Assembly: GCA_026421205.1 (NCBI GenBank)
Contig: JAPKBM010000001.1
Location: 1,893 to 65,892 of the forward strand
From: Planctomycetota bacterium
GTDB taxonomy: Bacteria > Planctomycetota > UBA1135
Direction: 5' to 3'
Length of the DNA: 64,000 bases
Made by a program: the position numbers and the translations under genes. The notes beneath the pieces were generated by a model. That model had not been told where the DNA came from, ran no database searches, and saw nothing but the letters and a program-made list of their open reading frames with translations. Shown piece after piece: positions 52,651 to 62,749 of this stretch (positions within the stretch are counted from its first letter, which is position 1; the number at the start of each line of letters is the position of its first letter).

Positions 52651-53582
52651 CCGCCCTCCTCGAAGTCCGAGGCCTCACACGAAAGTTCGGCCAACTTACC
52701 GCGGTTAATAACGCAAGTTTTTCCGTCGGGGCGGGAGAAATTTGGGGATTCATCGGTCCCAATGGGGCAGGGAAAACAACAACTATGCGCACGATTGCCA
52801 CTTTGGATATTCCAGACCAAGGTGACATTTTCATTGAAGGTCGCTCCGTTTTAGTAGAACCGCAACGCACTCGCCAACGCATTGGATTCATGCCCGACGC
52901 CCTTGGGACCTATGCGGATACCACAATTTATGAGTACTTGGATTTCTTCGCCCGCGCCGTTGGTCTTTCGCAGGAACTCCGCCCCCAAAGGGTTCGAGAA
53001 GTATTGTCGTTCACCGACCTAGGCAAACTGTGTGACCGCATGATGGACAGCCTTTCCAAAGGCATGAGCCAACGCCTTTGTCTTGCAAAAACGCTCCTTC
53101 ACGACCCAGCACTTCTTATTTTGGATGAACCCGCTGCCGGCCTGGATCCACGTGCTCGCGTGGAATTCCGTGAGCTCATCCGCGCTCTGGCTAGTCAGGG
53201 AAAAGGAATCTTAATTTCAAGCCACATCCTTTCTGAACTTTCCGAAGTGTGCGATGGAGTTGTGGTGATTGAAAAAGGGAGCATTGTCCGCGAAGGCCGT
53301 GTACATGAGCTCACCAAAAATATTTCGGAACATGAAATGCTCTTCATCCGCACTTTAGAGCCTGTTCATGAATTAGAAAGAGCGCTCGCTGAAATCCCAG
53401 GAGTCCTAAAAACGAGACAAGAAAAGTCAGGCATGGTGGTTGAGTTTCAAGGGGAAGAAGACGCCATCGCTGACCTCCTGCAGGCTCTAGTGCAGCGAAA
53501 TCTTCGACCCATTGAATTCCACTGGCATAAGGCAGACCTGGAAGAGCTCTTTCTCTCTTTCACGGAGGGAAACCTGCAATGA
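52647..53582 (+). CDS. ABC transporter ATP-binding protein (ABC-2 subfamily type)
   Basis: Walker A GFIGPNGAGKTTTMR. Signature LSKGMSQRL. Walker B LLILDEPAAGLD. ATGA overlaps at both ends. Confidence 0.9.
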   Translation: MTALLEVRGLTRKFGQLTAVNNASFSVGAGEIWGFIGPNGAGKTTTMRTIATLDIPDQGDIFIEGRSVLVEPQRTRQRIGFMPDALGTYADTTIYEYLDFFARAVGLSQELRPQRVREVLSFTDLGKLCDRMMDSLSKGMSQRLCLAKTLLHDPALLILDEPAAGLDPRARVEFRELIRALASQGKGILISSHILSELSEVCDGVVVIEKGSIVREGRVHELTKNISEHEMLFIRTLEPVHELERALAEIPGVLKTRQEKSGMVVEFQGEEDAIADLLQALVQRNLRPIEFHWHKADLEELFLSFTEGNLQ

Positions 53583-55054
53583 GCCGTTTCCTCCAGGCCC
53601 TTGACCGCAAAATTAATCCCGTATTCGTCAAGGAAATACGGCAATCCCTCCGGGGTCGTTTCTTCCGAACCGCCTTCTTCATGGCTTTGGCCGCTGCATG
53701 GATTACGACACTTTTCGTCTTGAGTAATGGTTTGCGGAACGGGGAACAGACCAGCGGACAATGGTTCTTTCTTTGGCAACATGGCATTTATATTTTGACG
53801 AGTTTCATTGTGATTCCTCAGCTCGCAAACCGGGGAATGTCGGCGGAACGAGAAGAGAATACTTTTGATGCCTTAATGATTTCGGGGCTTTCTCCGGCTC
53901 GGATTGTGATGGGCAAGGTCTTGGCCGCATCCGTCCTTCAAGGGCTTTTCCTCTTTGCATTTCTCCCCTTTCTCTCATTGGGTTTTGCGTTCTTTGGACT
54001 GGACCTCGCAACCAGCCTCATCATTCTCCTATTTACCACCGTGGGTGGTACGGGATTCGCACTCTTCGGAATCCTGGCGGCTTGCCTTGCCAAAACGCGC
54101 GCCAGCAACAATCTCATGCAGGGGATGTTCACAATCGGGACCGTCGGCCTGAGCATGAGCTGGATTGGCTTTTCCTCTGCCGTAATTATGGACCTTGGCT
54201 TGGTGAGCCTTTTCGGTGGAGAATTATTCGCGGGCGTGGCGGTCACCCTTCTTCTTTGGTACCTCTTCCTTTATTGGACCTTTGCATTCACGGCCGCAAC
54301 TTTGACGCATCCGGAAGAAAATGCCAGTGCACGCATCCGATTTGCCAGCCTTCTCTTATCCCTTGCGGCTCTCCTCGGCGCCATCACGCATCTCTCCTTT
54401 GTTCCAGACCCAGAAATTCTCAACATTTGGGTTGTGAGTATTTTGTTGTTCACGATGCTCACACATATTCCATCTATCACAGAAGAAGACACCTTGGGCC
54501 GACGCGCCCTCGCGGACCTCTCCATGAAAAAATGGCGTCGGCCTGGAATGAGTCTCTTCCTTAAAGGTGGTAACCGGGGCGTAGCCTTCTTCCTGCTGTC
54601 TCTTGGCATCCCCTTCCTCCTCTACCTCTTTCCTGTTTCAAGCAGTCCTTTTTCTCCCAGCGTCGGCTTTGAGGGAGTCATTGCCGCGCTTTTTGTCATC
54701 CTCGCCCTTACCGGAACTCCCTCCCTCCTTTCCAGCCGAGCCAGTGCGTCACCCCGAAGGCGCATGTTTCTTCGGTTATTCATTCTTGTCTCACTTCCTT
54801 TCATTTCTTTGATTTCCATTCTTCTTGGCATGGGCACGAAAGATCCATTTGGGTTTCCCTTGAATGCCATCCACTTGATTACGTCGGCATTTGGTGAGGA
54901 GGATTACGCTTATACCTCCGGGGCCTTTGGCCTTTTTGGGATATTCGCACTCGTTGCGTTCATCGGCAATCTCTCTCGAATGAAAAAAGCACGCCAAGAA
55001 CGAAAATTCATCCTTCGCTCTCTCACATTAACGAAACAAGATGGGGAAGACTGA
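53579..55054 (+). CDS. ABC-2-type transporter permease-like polytopic membrane protein
   Basis: N-terminus INPVFVKEIRQSLRGRFFRTAFF, followed by more than 10 hydrophobic helices. Translationally coupled to the ATPase gene. Confidence 0.7.
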   Translation: MSRFLQALDRKINPVFVKEIRQSLRGRFFRTAFFMALAAAWITTLFVLSNGLRNGEQTSGQWFFLWQHGIYILTSFIVIPQLANRGMSAEREENTFDALMISGLSPARIVMGKVLAASVLQGLFLFAFLPFLSLGFAFFGLDLATSLIILLFTTVGGTGFALFGILAACLAKTRASNNLMQGMFTIGTVGLSMSWIGFSSAVIMDLGLVSLFGGELFAGVAVTLLLWYLFLYWTFAFTAATLTHPEENASARIRFASLLLSLAALLGAITHLSFVPDPEILNIWVVSILLFTMLTHIPSITEEDTLGRRALADLSMKKWRRPGMSLFLKGGNRGVAFFLLSLGIPFLLYLFPVSSSPFSPSVGFEGVIAALFVILALTGTPSLLSSRASASPRRRMFLRLFILVSLPFISLISILLGMGTKDPFGFPLNAIHLITSAFGEEDYAYTSGAFGLFGIFALVAFIGNLSRMKKARQERKFILRSLTLTKQDGED

Positions 55055-55883
55055 CCCCATTCAGCTTGGGAAAATCTGGCGACTGGCCAAGCCAACACGC
55101 CCCGCATCAGGGCCTGCTGGAAATCAATTAGGCAAAGGAACCGGTGCTAGTCTGGAATTTCAAGACTACCGGGAATACCAAGCGGGCGATGACCTACGCC
55201 ATGTAGATTGGCGAGCCTATGCGCGCACCGACCAAGTTTCGGTTCGGCTCTACCAAGAAGAAATTTCAACCACCGTTGAACTAATTCTTGACGCTAGCTT
55301 GTCCATGGACCTTTGGTCGAACAAAGCGAACCGTTGGCGAGAACTCTGTTGTTTTTTACACGCTGCAGCAACCGGCGACTATACCGTTCGAGGAGTCCTT
55401 GCAGGAGAGCAGACGTTTCCAATTCCCAGGGAAACCTTTCAAGACCCTGCTCTTCCAGGGATTCATCTTGAAGCGAAAGCTTCGCTAGCCGACGCAAATT
55501 TTGGTGGCCTACTTCGTCCTGGGACTTTGCGGATTGTCATCAGTGACTTTCTCTTTCCCCATCATCCCTCCACTCTCGTAGCGCAGCTTCAAAAAGGGGC
55601 TGGGAAACTCGTTCTTCTTCAAGTTTTAGATGCCGAAGAAACTCAACCGTCTCCCCGCGGTCATTTACGCCTTCAGGAAACAGAAAGTGGCCGACACCAA
55701 GACCTTCCCGTAGATGAGTCCGTCATCCAACGCTACAAGAAAAGACTTCAACGGCTCCAAAACGGCTTGGCCGAAGAAGCCCGTCGGAAAAATGCAATGT
55801 GGGCCACCCTTTCCTGTAAGTCTTCCTTAATGGATCTTGCGGCGGGACCTCTTCAACAAGCCGGGCTTCTTGTTCCTCGATGA
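55041..55883 (+). CDS. DUF58 domain protein (VWA-like, MoxR-associated)
   Basis: GASLEFQDYREYQAGDDLRHVDWRAYARTDQVSVRLYQEE is the DUF58 signature region. Confidence 0.85.
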   Translation: MGKTDPIQLGKIWRLAKPTRPASGPAGNQLGKGTGASLEFQDYREYQAGDDLRHVDWRAYARTDQVSVRLYQEEISTTVELILDASLSMDLWSNKANRWRELCCFLHAAATGDYTVRGVLAGEQTFPIPRETFQDPALPGIHLEAKASLADANFGGLLRPGTLRIVISDFLFPHHPSTLVAQLQKGAGKLVLLQVLDAEETQPSPRGHLRLQETESGRHQDLPVDESVIQRYKKRLQRLQNGLAEEARRKNAMWATLSCKSSLMDLAAGPLQQAGLLVPR

Positions 55884-57631
55884 GTTGGTTCACAACACCC
55901 TGGGGACTCCTTGGCTTCTTGGCCGTTCCAGCCGTTGTGGCACTCCACCTGTTCCACCGCAAGCACCAAAACTTTCCGGTGGCTGGGCTTTTTCTTTGGG
56001 AAGATGCGCAATTTGCAGAAACAGCAGGGGCGCGTCGGCAACCACTCCGACGCACGCCTTCCTTTTGGTTGGAAGTTCTCGCGGCCTTACTTGCCGGACT
56101 ATGGCTGAGTGGCTTTGACCCTTGGGGAAATGGAAAAACAGAACACTTGGTTGTGGTGTTGGATGACTCAGCCTCCATGAGAGCCATGCACGCAAGCGAA
56201 GGTTCTCCTCAAGAAAAGGCCATCCGCTACTTGTCCGACGAGCTTCAAGAGAAAGGCCGGAGAATTCGCACTACCCTCGTTCGATCTGGATTGCGGCCTA
56301 CCTTATTGGCGGGCCCTGGCGCACTCACTCCCGACGTCCTCCGCGCAACGGAAAAGTGGGCGCCACAAGCGCCCGCCCATAATCTCAAACCGGCCCTTGC
56401 CTTTGCGCGAGAATTAGCAGAAGGTGGCAAAATATTATTGCTCACAGACCGTCCCCTTGGGCACCCCCAAGAAGATGTACGGGTCCTTTCTTTCGGTCGG
56501 CCCCTTGCCAATCAAGCTCTGGCAAAATCTATGCGGAAATCGCTTGGTCATGGAGAAGACGAAATAAGCATTACCGTCCGGAATTACAGCGACAACGAGG
56601 CGGCGACTCAGCTCACTTTGCGGCATGGTGAACAAATTCTTGCACAAAAAGATTTAACGCAACCGGCCGACGCCCGCACCACTATTCAACTCTCCATTCC
56701 CTCTCGACTGGGTGCCATTCAAGTCGAACTCAAAGCCGATGCCCTTGGAGTTGACAACCAAGCAGTTCTCCATCCTATCCCAGACCGCCGAGTCAACGTT
56801 TTCTTCGGGCTCAGCGGGGAGACCCATCGCCAACTTCAATTGAGCAAAGCGGAAAATTCCTTTTCTGGAATCCGTCGGGTTTCTCACGCCGCCGACGCCG
56901 ACTTGGTTTTGGCGCATGTCCCGGCCAACCCACCATCTTGGTCTCTGGTTCTTCCCTTGGAAGAAAACGATTTGGAAGCATATGCCGGGCCGTTCGCTTT
57001 TGAACAGCGACACGATTTGCTTGAGGGTCTCACCTTAGAGGGTGTTGTTTGGACATCCTCCAAAGATTTCCCAACGCCGGGGACGCCCTTGGTGAGCGCG
57101 GGAAGCACGGCCTTACTGACAGAGCAGCGCTTGGGGGCTGCCAAGATTTGGCATTTAAATCTTCTTCCTCAACGGTCCACCCTGCAACGCTCTCCAGACT
57201 GGCCAATTCTTTTTTCCAACTTAATCGAACTTTGTAGCCAAGGAAAAGAAGGCCCGCAATCTATCAATCTTGTTTGTGGAGAAACGTTCTCCTATCACGC
57301 ATCAGAATCCGCCGACTGGGCCTTGGAAGGCCCTGACGGCACTCGCCATTTCACAACCGTTGGTGATTTACACCTCAGCGTTCTTGCCCCCTTCGGCTTC
57401 TGGAAACTCCATCGGGACAAATCGCTTGCCGCAATTTTTTCCGTGAACTTTGTGGACCCGTCTGAGTCCGACCTCCGTGACCGTGGGTCTCTCGTGCAAG
57501 CTTCACAGAAAGAAAACATCGCCCCTGCCGAAGCCCGGTTCGCGGAATCACCCGTCGGCCGATGGATTCTCCTTTTCTTCCTTCTTGCTGTCTTAGCAGA
57601 TTGGTGGGTACTCGGGAGGCGTCGGCCATGA
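55880..57631 (+). CDS. BatA-N (N-terminal double-transmembrane domain) protein
   Basis: MSWFTTPWGLLGFLAVPAVVALHLFHRKHQNFPVAGLFLWE, plus a C-terminal TM helix (WILLFFLLAVLADWWVLGRRR). ATGA overlaps at both ends. Confidence 0.75.
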   Translation: MSWFTTPWGLLGFLAVPAVVALHLFHRKHQNFPVAGLFLWEDAQFAETAGARRQPLRRTPSFWLEVLAALLAGLWLSGFDPWGNGKTEHLVVVLDDSASMRAMHASEGSPQEKAIRYLSDELQEKGRRIRTTLVRSGLRPTLLAGPGALTPDVLRATEKWAPQAPAHNLKPALAFARELAEGGKILLLTDRPLGHPQEDVRVLSFGRPLANQALAKSMRKSLGHGEDEISITVRNYSDNEAATQLTLRHGEQILAQKDLTQPADARTTIQLSIPSRLGAIQVELKADALGVDNQAVLHPIPDRRVNVFFGLSGETHRQLQLSKAENSFSGIRRVSHAADADLVLAHVPANPPSWSLVLPLEENDLEAYAGPFAFEQRHDLLEGLTLEGVVWTSSKDFPTPGTPLVSAGSTALLTEQRLGAAKIWHLNLLPQRSTLQRSPDWPILFSNLIELCSQGKEGPQSINLVCGETFSYHASESADWALEGPDGTRHFTTVGDLHLSVLAPFGFWKLHRDKSLAAIFSVNFVDPSESDLRDRGSLVQASQKENIAPAEARFAESPVGRWILLFFLLAVLADWWVLGRRRP

Positions 57632-60348
57632 GTTTTCTTTATCCTGAACTTTTCCTGCTTGGAATCCCCATGGCCTGGTTCCTTTGGAAGCAGAACCATC
57701 CAAAAACAATCGGGTTTTGGTTGCGGGGACTTTTAGCAGCCACTTTATTAACTGCGCTCGCCGGACCCTATGCCCAAGGCGAAACAAAGGGGCGAGACCT
57801 CGTCCTCTTGGTGGATCGCTCCCGCAGCATGCCCGCGGAAACCACCACGGCCGTACAAGAATTTCTTCGTCTGGCCTCCGGAGCAATGGAAACAGGGGAC
57901 CGGCTCTCGCTCCTTGCTTTCGGGGCAAACACCGCACTGGAAAGATCACCCCGCGAAGGGGCGGACTTCGGCGGATTTCAAAGAAACTTGGATGTGGATG
58001 GAACACACCTTGCCGAAGCCTTGGAGCAAGCACTTGCCCTTATTCCTGAAAACCGCCAGGGCTCCATTCTTCTTTTTTCCGACGGCGAATTCCATGGAGA
58101 AACGCCAGACGCAGTTGCTCGAAAAGCCGCGCAACGCCAAGTGCGTATTGATGTGCGCCCCCTCTTGCGCGAAAAAGATTTTGATGTTGCGGTAGAAAGC
58201 ATTGAACTCCCCCATCTCGTTTCCCCGGGGGAGCCTTTTCAATTTTCTGCCTGGGTTCGCTCCGACCAAGCAGTGCAGGCAGATTTTTCACTCTATCGTG
58301 GAGATACCCTCCTTGCGGAGGGGCAGCGAAACCTCCATGTTGGATTAAACCATTTTGTTTTCCGAGATCGAGGTGGCCAGCCCGGGCTCGCCGAGTATCA
58401 CCTTGAAATGAAGGCGAAAGGAGACACCTTGTTTGAAAATAACCGCGGGCTTGGGGTGTTGCGCGTAGAAGGAAGTCGGCCCGTTCTCCTTTTGAATCAC
58501 GCTGGAAAGCCAGGACGACTCGCGGCGGCGCTTTCTTCGGCGGGAATCCCTGTAGTCGTTCGCGCACCTCAAGATCTTCCAGAAGGCCCCTCCTATCTAG
58601 AGGCGTTTGCAAGTGTCATTCTAGAAGACGTCGACGCGAGTTCTTTGGGCGCGCACCTTCCCTACTTTGCAAGACAAGTGCAAGACCTTGCCGGCGGTTT
58701 CATGATGACCGGGGGCAAGGCTAGTTTTGGCGTCGGCGGGTATTACCGTTCCGACCTTGACCCCGCCTTGCCGGTCACCATGGAAATGCGCGTTGAGCAT
58801 CGAAAGCAAGGCATTGCTTTAGCCGTTGTCCTGGACCGGTCAGGTTCGATGGCCGCATCCGCCGGCACCGGAAATCTAACCAAAATGGATTTGGCAAACG
58901 CAGGGACCATGGAAGGCCTTCGGTTATTGGGGCCCCTAGATCAAGTCAGCGTCATCGCTGTTGATTCTGAACCCCATATTGTCATCCCACTGTCTGAAGT
59001 CACCGACCCCGAAGAATTTGCGGACCGCGTTTCCGGCATTCGGTCAATGGGCGGAGGAATCTACACCTACACAGGACTTCAGGCTGCTGCAGAACAGCTG
59101 GAAGGGGCCACACGGGTGAATCGCCACATCCTTTTATTTGCCGATGCACAAGATGCAGAAGAACCCGGTGAATACATTGCTCTATTAGAAGAGCTTGCTC
59201 AAAAATCTACCACGGTCAGCGTGGTTGCCCTAGGCCAACCGACAGACATCGACGCCGATTTCCTCCGTGATGTTGCTAAGCGAGGAGGAGGTGAAATTTA
59301 CTTCACCACATCGCCATCGGAACTCCCTCGTATTTTTGCGCAAGACACTTTATTGGCCGCCCGCGCAGCATTCATTGAAGAAAAAACAGCGTCAACCACA
59401 GCACCCGGACTGTTTGCGGCAGCGGTCCTTCCCCCCGGTGATTGGTCCGAACTCGCTGGCTACAACCTCACTTACCTCCGACCACAAGCATCCGCTGGCG
59501 TACTCACACAAGATGAATACCACGCTCCGGTCATTGCCACCATGCAAGCAGGGCTTGGGCGAACCGCAGCCTTCTTGGGCCAAGTGGATGGCCCCTTTGG
59601 TGTGCCAGAGTCTCAATGGCCTCGCGTTGCAGAAACTTTAGTCACCCTCGTTCGATGGACCGCTTCCCAACCAACCCCGCACTATCTTTTCACCGACGTT
59701 CGCCGCGAAGGGCGAGAGGCGGTGGTCACCGTTGATGTAGACCCAGAACTTGGGAAGCACCCTGGCGCCATCACCCTTCACGCCGTGTCACCCACGGGAG
59801 AAAGCACCAAAATCCCCCTCAGTCCCACAGAAGAAGGTCGATTTGAAGCGAGGGTCCCCCTGAGCATGGAAGGTTTGTACCGCTTTGCCGCTTCAACCGA
59901 AGCAGGTGAAAACTTCGTCCTTGAACCTTTGGCGATCCCCTACTCGCCCGAATTTGAAGCAAGACCGGAAGGTTCCAGTGGTAGAGCCACCTTGACAAGT
60001 ATTGCCCGTCTCAGCCGTGGCCACTTTGAGCCCTCCGTGGATGTTGTTTTAGAAGGCCACCGAGGAGGCGAAGCAACCCAACCACAAACGAAATGGTTCC
60101 TTCTTGCGGCGATTGCACTTTTGCTCAGTGAAATTTCCGTCCGCCGACTTTGGGCTGGATTTACTCTTGGCACATCCGACGTCCAGAAAAAAGAAGTTTC
60201 TGCGCCCAAGACTTTCGCCAAAGAAAGAAAGACGGAAAACAAAAGTCCTATGGAGAAAAAGGAGAACAGAAAAGATGCGGAAGGCGAAGGTGGGCTTGAT
60301 GCGCTCTTAAGGAAGGCCAAAGCCGAGGCCAAGAAACATAACCGATAA
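57628..60348 (+). CDS. Large membrane protein with BatA-N anchor, two VWA domains and a glutamine-amidotransferase-like middle domain
   Basis: ATG at 57628 (GGGAGG 8 nt upstream) overlaps the upstream TGA. MSFLYPELFLLGIPMAWFLW. MIDAS-type DLVLLVDRSRSM and LAVVLDRSGSMAA. Middle segment PVLLLNHAGKPGRL...GGFMMTGG. C-terminal TM helix and Lys-rich tail. Confidence 0.85.
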   Translation: MSFLYPELFLLGIPMAWFLWKQNHPKTIGFWLRGLLAATLLTALAGPYAQGETKGRDLVLLVDRSRSMPAETTTAVQEFLRLASGAMETGDRLSLLAFGANTALERSPREGADFGGFQRNLDVDGTHLAEALEQALALIPENRQGSILLFSDGEFHGETPDAVARKAAQRQVRIDVRPLLREKDFDVAVESIELPHLVSPGEPFQFSAWVRSDQAVQADFSLYRGDTLLAEGQRNLHVGLNHFVFRDRGGQPGLAEYHLEMKAKGDTLFENNRGLGVLRVEGSRPVLLLNHAGKPGRLAAALSSAGIPVVVRAPQDLPEGPSYLEAFASVILEDVDASSLGAHLPYFARQVQDLAGGFMMTGGKASFGVGGYYRSDLDPALPVTMEMRVEHRKQGIALAVVLDRSGSMAASAGTGNLTKMDLANAGTMEGLRLLGPLDQVSVIAVDSEPHIVIPLSEVTDPEEFADRVSGIRSMGGGIYTYTGLQAAAEQLEGATRVNRHILLFADAQDAEEPGEYIALLEELAQKSTTVSVVALGQPTDIDADFLRDVAKRGGGEIYFTTSPSELPRIFAQDTLLAARAAFIEEKTASTTAPGLFAAAVLPPGDWSELAGYNLTYLRPQASAGVLTQDEYHAPVIATMQAGLGRTAAFLGQVDGPFGVPESQWPRVAETLVTLVRWTASQPTPHYLFTDVRREGREAVVTVDVDPELGKHPGAITLHAVSPTGESTKIPLSPTEEGRFEARVPLSMEGLYRFAASTEAGENFVLEPLAIPYSPEFEARPEGSSGRATLTSIARLSRGHFEPSVDVVLEGHRGGEATQPQTKWFLLAAIALLLSEISVRRLWAGFTLGTSDVQKKEVSAPKTFAKERKTENKSPMEKKENRKDAEGEGGLDALLRKAKAEAKKHNR

Positions 60349-60350
60349 TT

Positions 60351-61664
60351 TTACTTTTTCCCGTACACGTAGCGGGAAAAAATTGCGTGAACGTCGTCGG
60401 ACTTTCCCTTTTTTGCAAGAAAATTTTCAAGGTCCTTTGTCGTCACGACTTTTCGTTGATTGATTTGAAAAAATTCTGCCATCCAAGAATGAAGTTTTTT
60501 TGCAGAAAAAACGAAAGATAGTCGTCCAAAAACATGGCTTCCTAGCATGTAAGAAGCAGGGTGTGTAATCCGGTTCCAGGGGTCGTCGGAAAAAAGAGCG
60601 ACAGCCTGTCCAGGAATCTCTGCTTGCTTTGCACTGAGCCGCATGCCATCGGAAAAGTAAACATCAAAAGCTTCATCCCACCACGCATCATTTTGACTTG
60701 CTGGCTTCACGCCTCTTCCGTACCAACTATGAAACAACTCATGGCGAAGTGCCCCCACGCTGGATGTTGTGGCTCCGTCATACTCCATAGAACGCCCACC
60801 AGTCCATATAAAAATTTTGCACTGAGACCCATGAGGCCAAGGCCCCATAGATTTTGAAAAATCTTTCACCGCTTTTTCCGCGCGATCCAAAAGATTCTTC
60901 GTAGAAGTAGGGACCTCATTTCTCCGGACAACTTCCACCTCAATTTTCTTTTTTCCGGCGCGAATGGTGCGTGACTCCACCTTCACCTTTGACTCTGGAA
61001 GAATGACTACCATAGGCGAAAAGGCTGTAAAGTCTGCGGGAAAGGAAAGTTTCCAGTGATGATTTCCAAGCTTTGTCACCGAGGCATTCGTCACCAAGCG
61101 ATGAGGAGTTTTTGCATGAAGGATTTGAATCTCTAAATCAAAAGGATGCGCGTCAAAAATTAAATTGGAAGAAAACCACTGTCCGAGGTAACGGCCCGGA
61201 AGGAGGTCGGTGAACCAAAAATCAAACTCCAGTGCCCCCTCTTCCCACAAAATGTCTTTTGCTTGAGGGGCCTTTGGCTTTCGGAGAGCATATTCCAAAT
61301 CTAACTGATGAAGAACACCGGAAGGCAATAACGATTCAAGGATTCTCAATTCTCCCGTTTGGCGGCCAAAGTCATGGAGTCTAAGTTTTTCAAGTGGCCA
61401 TGGCTTTTGATTCAACGTTGCTTTTATGAGGCTTTGCCGCAAATCAAAGACGGGAAACCCGGAATCTGAGGACAAGAACTCTAAGGTGGATTCAACAGAA
61501 GCTGTTTTCGCCTCACAATCAAAAACCAAATTTGCGCGCAGACGCTGGATATCAATCGGCGCGGCGAGCAAACCTGAAACTTCCCGGGGTGGTGGTGCAA
61601 GGCGAAGATCCGTAGCTTCAAGGCTTTGAAGAACGAGAGGAGCGAGAAGGAAAAATATCAACAA
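60351..61664 (-). CDS. Secreted M1-family (gluzincin) metallopeptidase, short form
   Basis: Signal peptide MLIFFLLAPLVLQSLEA. GGRSMEYDG (GxMEN-like). HELFHSWYG...WWDEAF gives HExxH-x18-E. Confidence 0.75.
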   Translation of the reverse strand: MLIFFLLAPLVLQSLEATDLRLAPPPREVSGLLAAPIDIQRLRANLVFDCEAKTASVESTLEFLSSDSGFPVFDLRQSLIKATLNQKPWPLEKLRLHDFGRQTGELRILESLLPSGVLHQLDLEYALRKPKAPQAKDILWEEGALEFDFWFTDLLPGRYLGQWFSSNLIFDAHPFDLEIQILHAKTPHRLVTNASVTKLGNHHWKLSFPADFTAFSPMVVILPESKVKVESRTIRAGKKKIEVEVVRRNEVPTSTKNLLDRAEKAVKDFSKSMGPWPHGSQCKIFIWTGGRSMEYDGATTSSVGALRHELFHSWYGRGVKPASQNDAWWDEAFDVYFSDGMRLSAKQAEIPGQAVALFSDDPWNRITHPASYMLGSHVFGRLSFVFSAKKLHSWMAEFFQINQRKVVTTKDLENFLAKKGKSDDVHAIFSRYVYGKK

Positions 61665-62746
61665 GTTAATGAGGAGGAGGAGGACCAGAACGAGGCGTCA
61701 CCATAAGAGAAAAACTGATATTTCTCCCGAACGGCTTCGGCGTAGATTTCTTTGACCCGCGACAATCCGTCGGTCGCACCCAAGTGCTCTGCAAAAGCAG
61801 AAACCAAAGCAAGTAATGTGGAGCGGGGAGTATGAAAATTGGTCAACAAAGCATCGACCACTTGAAACGAAAAACCCGGCATGATGAGCAAGTCCGTTTC
61901 CCCGCTTGTCTCGCCGCCCTCAAGAACACCGGGGGTTTCCAAAACGCGACAAACCGTTGTTCCCGCAGCAATCACGCGACGATCCGAGATCTTTGTCTCC
62001 TGAATAGCCTTCACGGTCTCCGCCGACATTTTCCACTTCTCTCGATGCATCGGGTGTGCCGAAAGGTCTTCGGTCTCTACAGGGAGAAAGGTGCCTGACC
62101 CAACATGAAGCGTGACAAAGGCCACCCCGACACCCTTCTCCTTTGCCCTTTGAAGAAAATCTTCATCCAAATGCAAACTTGCCGTTGGTGCAGCAACAGC
62201 TCCCGGAAAACGAGCCCAAACTGTTTGGTAGCGCTGCGCGTCCTCTTCATTCTCCTCCACTTCACCCGACTCTCGTCGCCGTGTTCGGATGTAAGGCGGT
62301 AAAGGCGTAGACCCCACCAGAGACAAAGCCTCCAACCAAGAAGGACTCCCCTCCAGCCGCATCTTCCATTGGCCCTTTCCCATCTTCTCATGAAGAATCA
62401 TTTTCACTGAAGGAGCGCCTTCAAAGAAGATCTCTATGCCTTCACGAAGGCGGCCTCCCGACAACATGCAAATAGCCAATCCGTCTTCCGCCTCTTCAAG
62501 CCATAGCCCCTCCACGTGGCCACCCGTCTCCTTCTTTGCCAAAAAACGAGCCGGGACGACTTGCGTGTCATTCAATACCAATAAATCACCCGCCTGAAGT
62601 TGAGTTAAAAAATCTGTGAATTTCCCATGATGGCATGATTGTGAATCCATGCTCACACAAAGCAATCGAGCATCCCGGCGGTGCTTTGGAGGGTGCGCCG
62701 CAATCAGCGAGTTAGGAAGTGGAAAATCTAAATCTTCCGTGCGCAT
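61658..62746 (-). CDS. queA: tRNA preQ1(34) S-adenosylmethionine ribosyltransferase-isomerase
   Basis: DLDFPLPNSLIAAHPPKHRRDARLL, FVTLHVGSGTFLPV, VIAAGTTVCRVLE, LLTNFHTPRSTLLALVSAF. Confidence 0.9.
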   Translation of the reverse strand: MRTEDLDFPLPNSLIAAHPPKHRRDARLLCVSMDSQSCHHGKFTDFLTQLQAGDLLVLNDTQVVPARFLAKKETGGHVEGLWLEEAEDGLAICMLSGGRLREGIEIFFEGAPSVKMILHEKMGKGQWKMRLEGSPSWLEALSLVGSTPLPPYIRTRRRESGEVEENEEDAQRYQTVWARFPGAVAAPTASLHLDEDFLQRAKEKGVGVAFVTLHVGSGTFLPVETEDLSAHPMHREKWKMSAETVKAIQETKISDRRVIAAGTTVCRVLETPGVLEGGETSGETDLLIMPGFSFQVVDALLTNFHTPRSTLLALVSAFAEHLGATDGLSRVKEIYAEAVREKYQFFSYGDASFWSSSSSLTC

Positions 62747-62749
62747 GAT

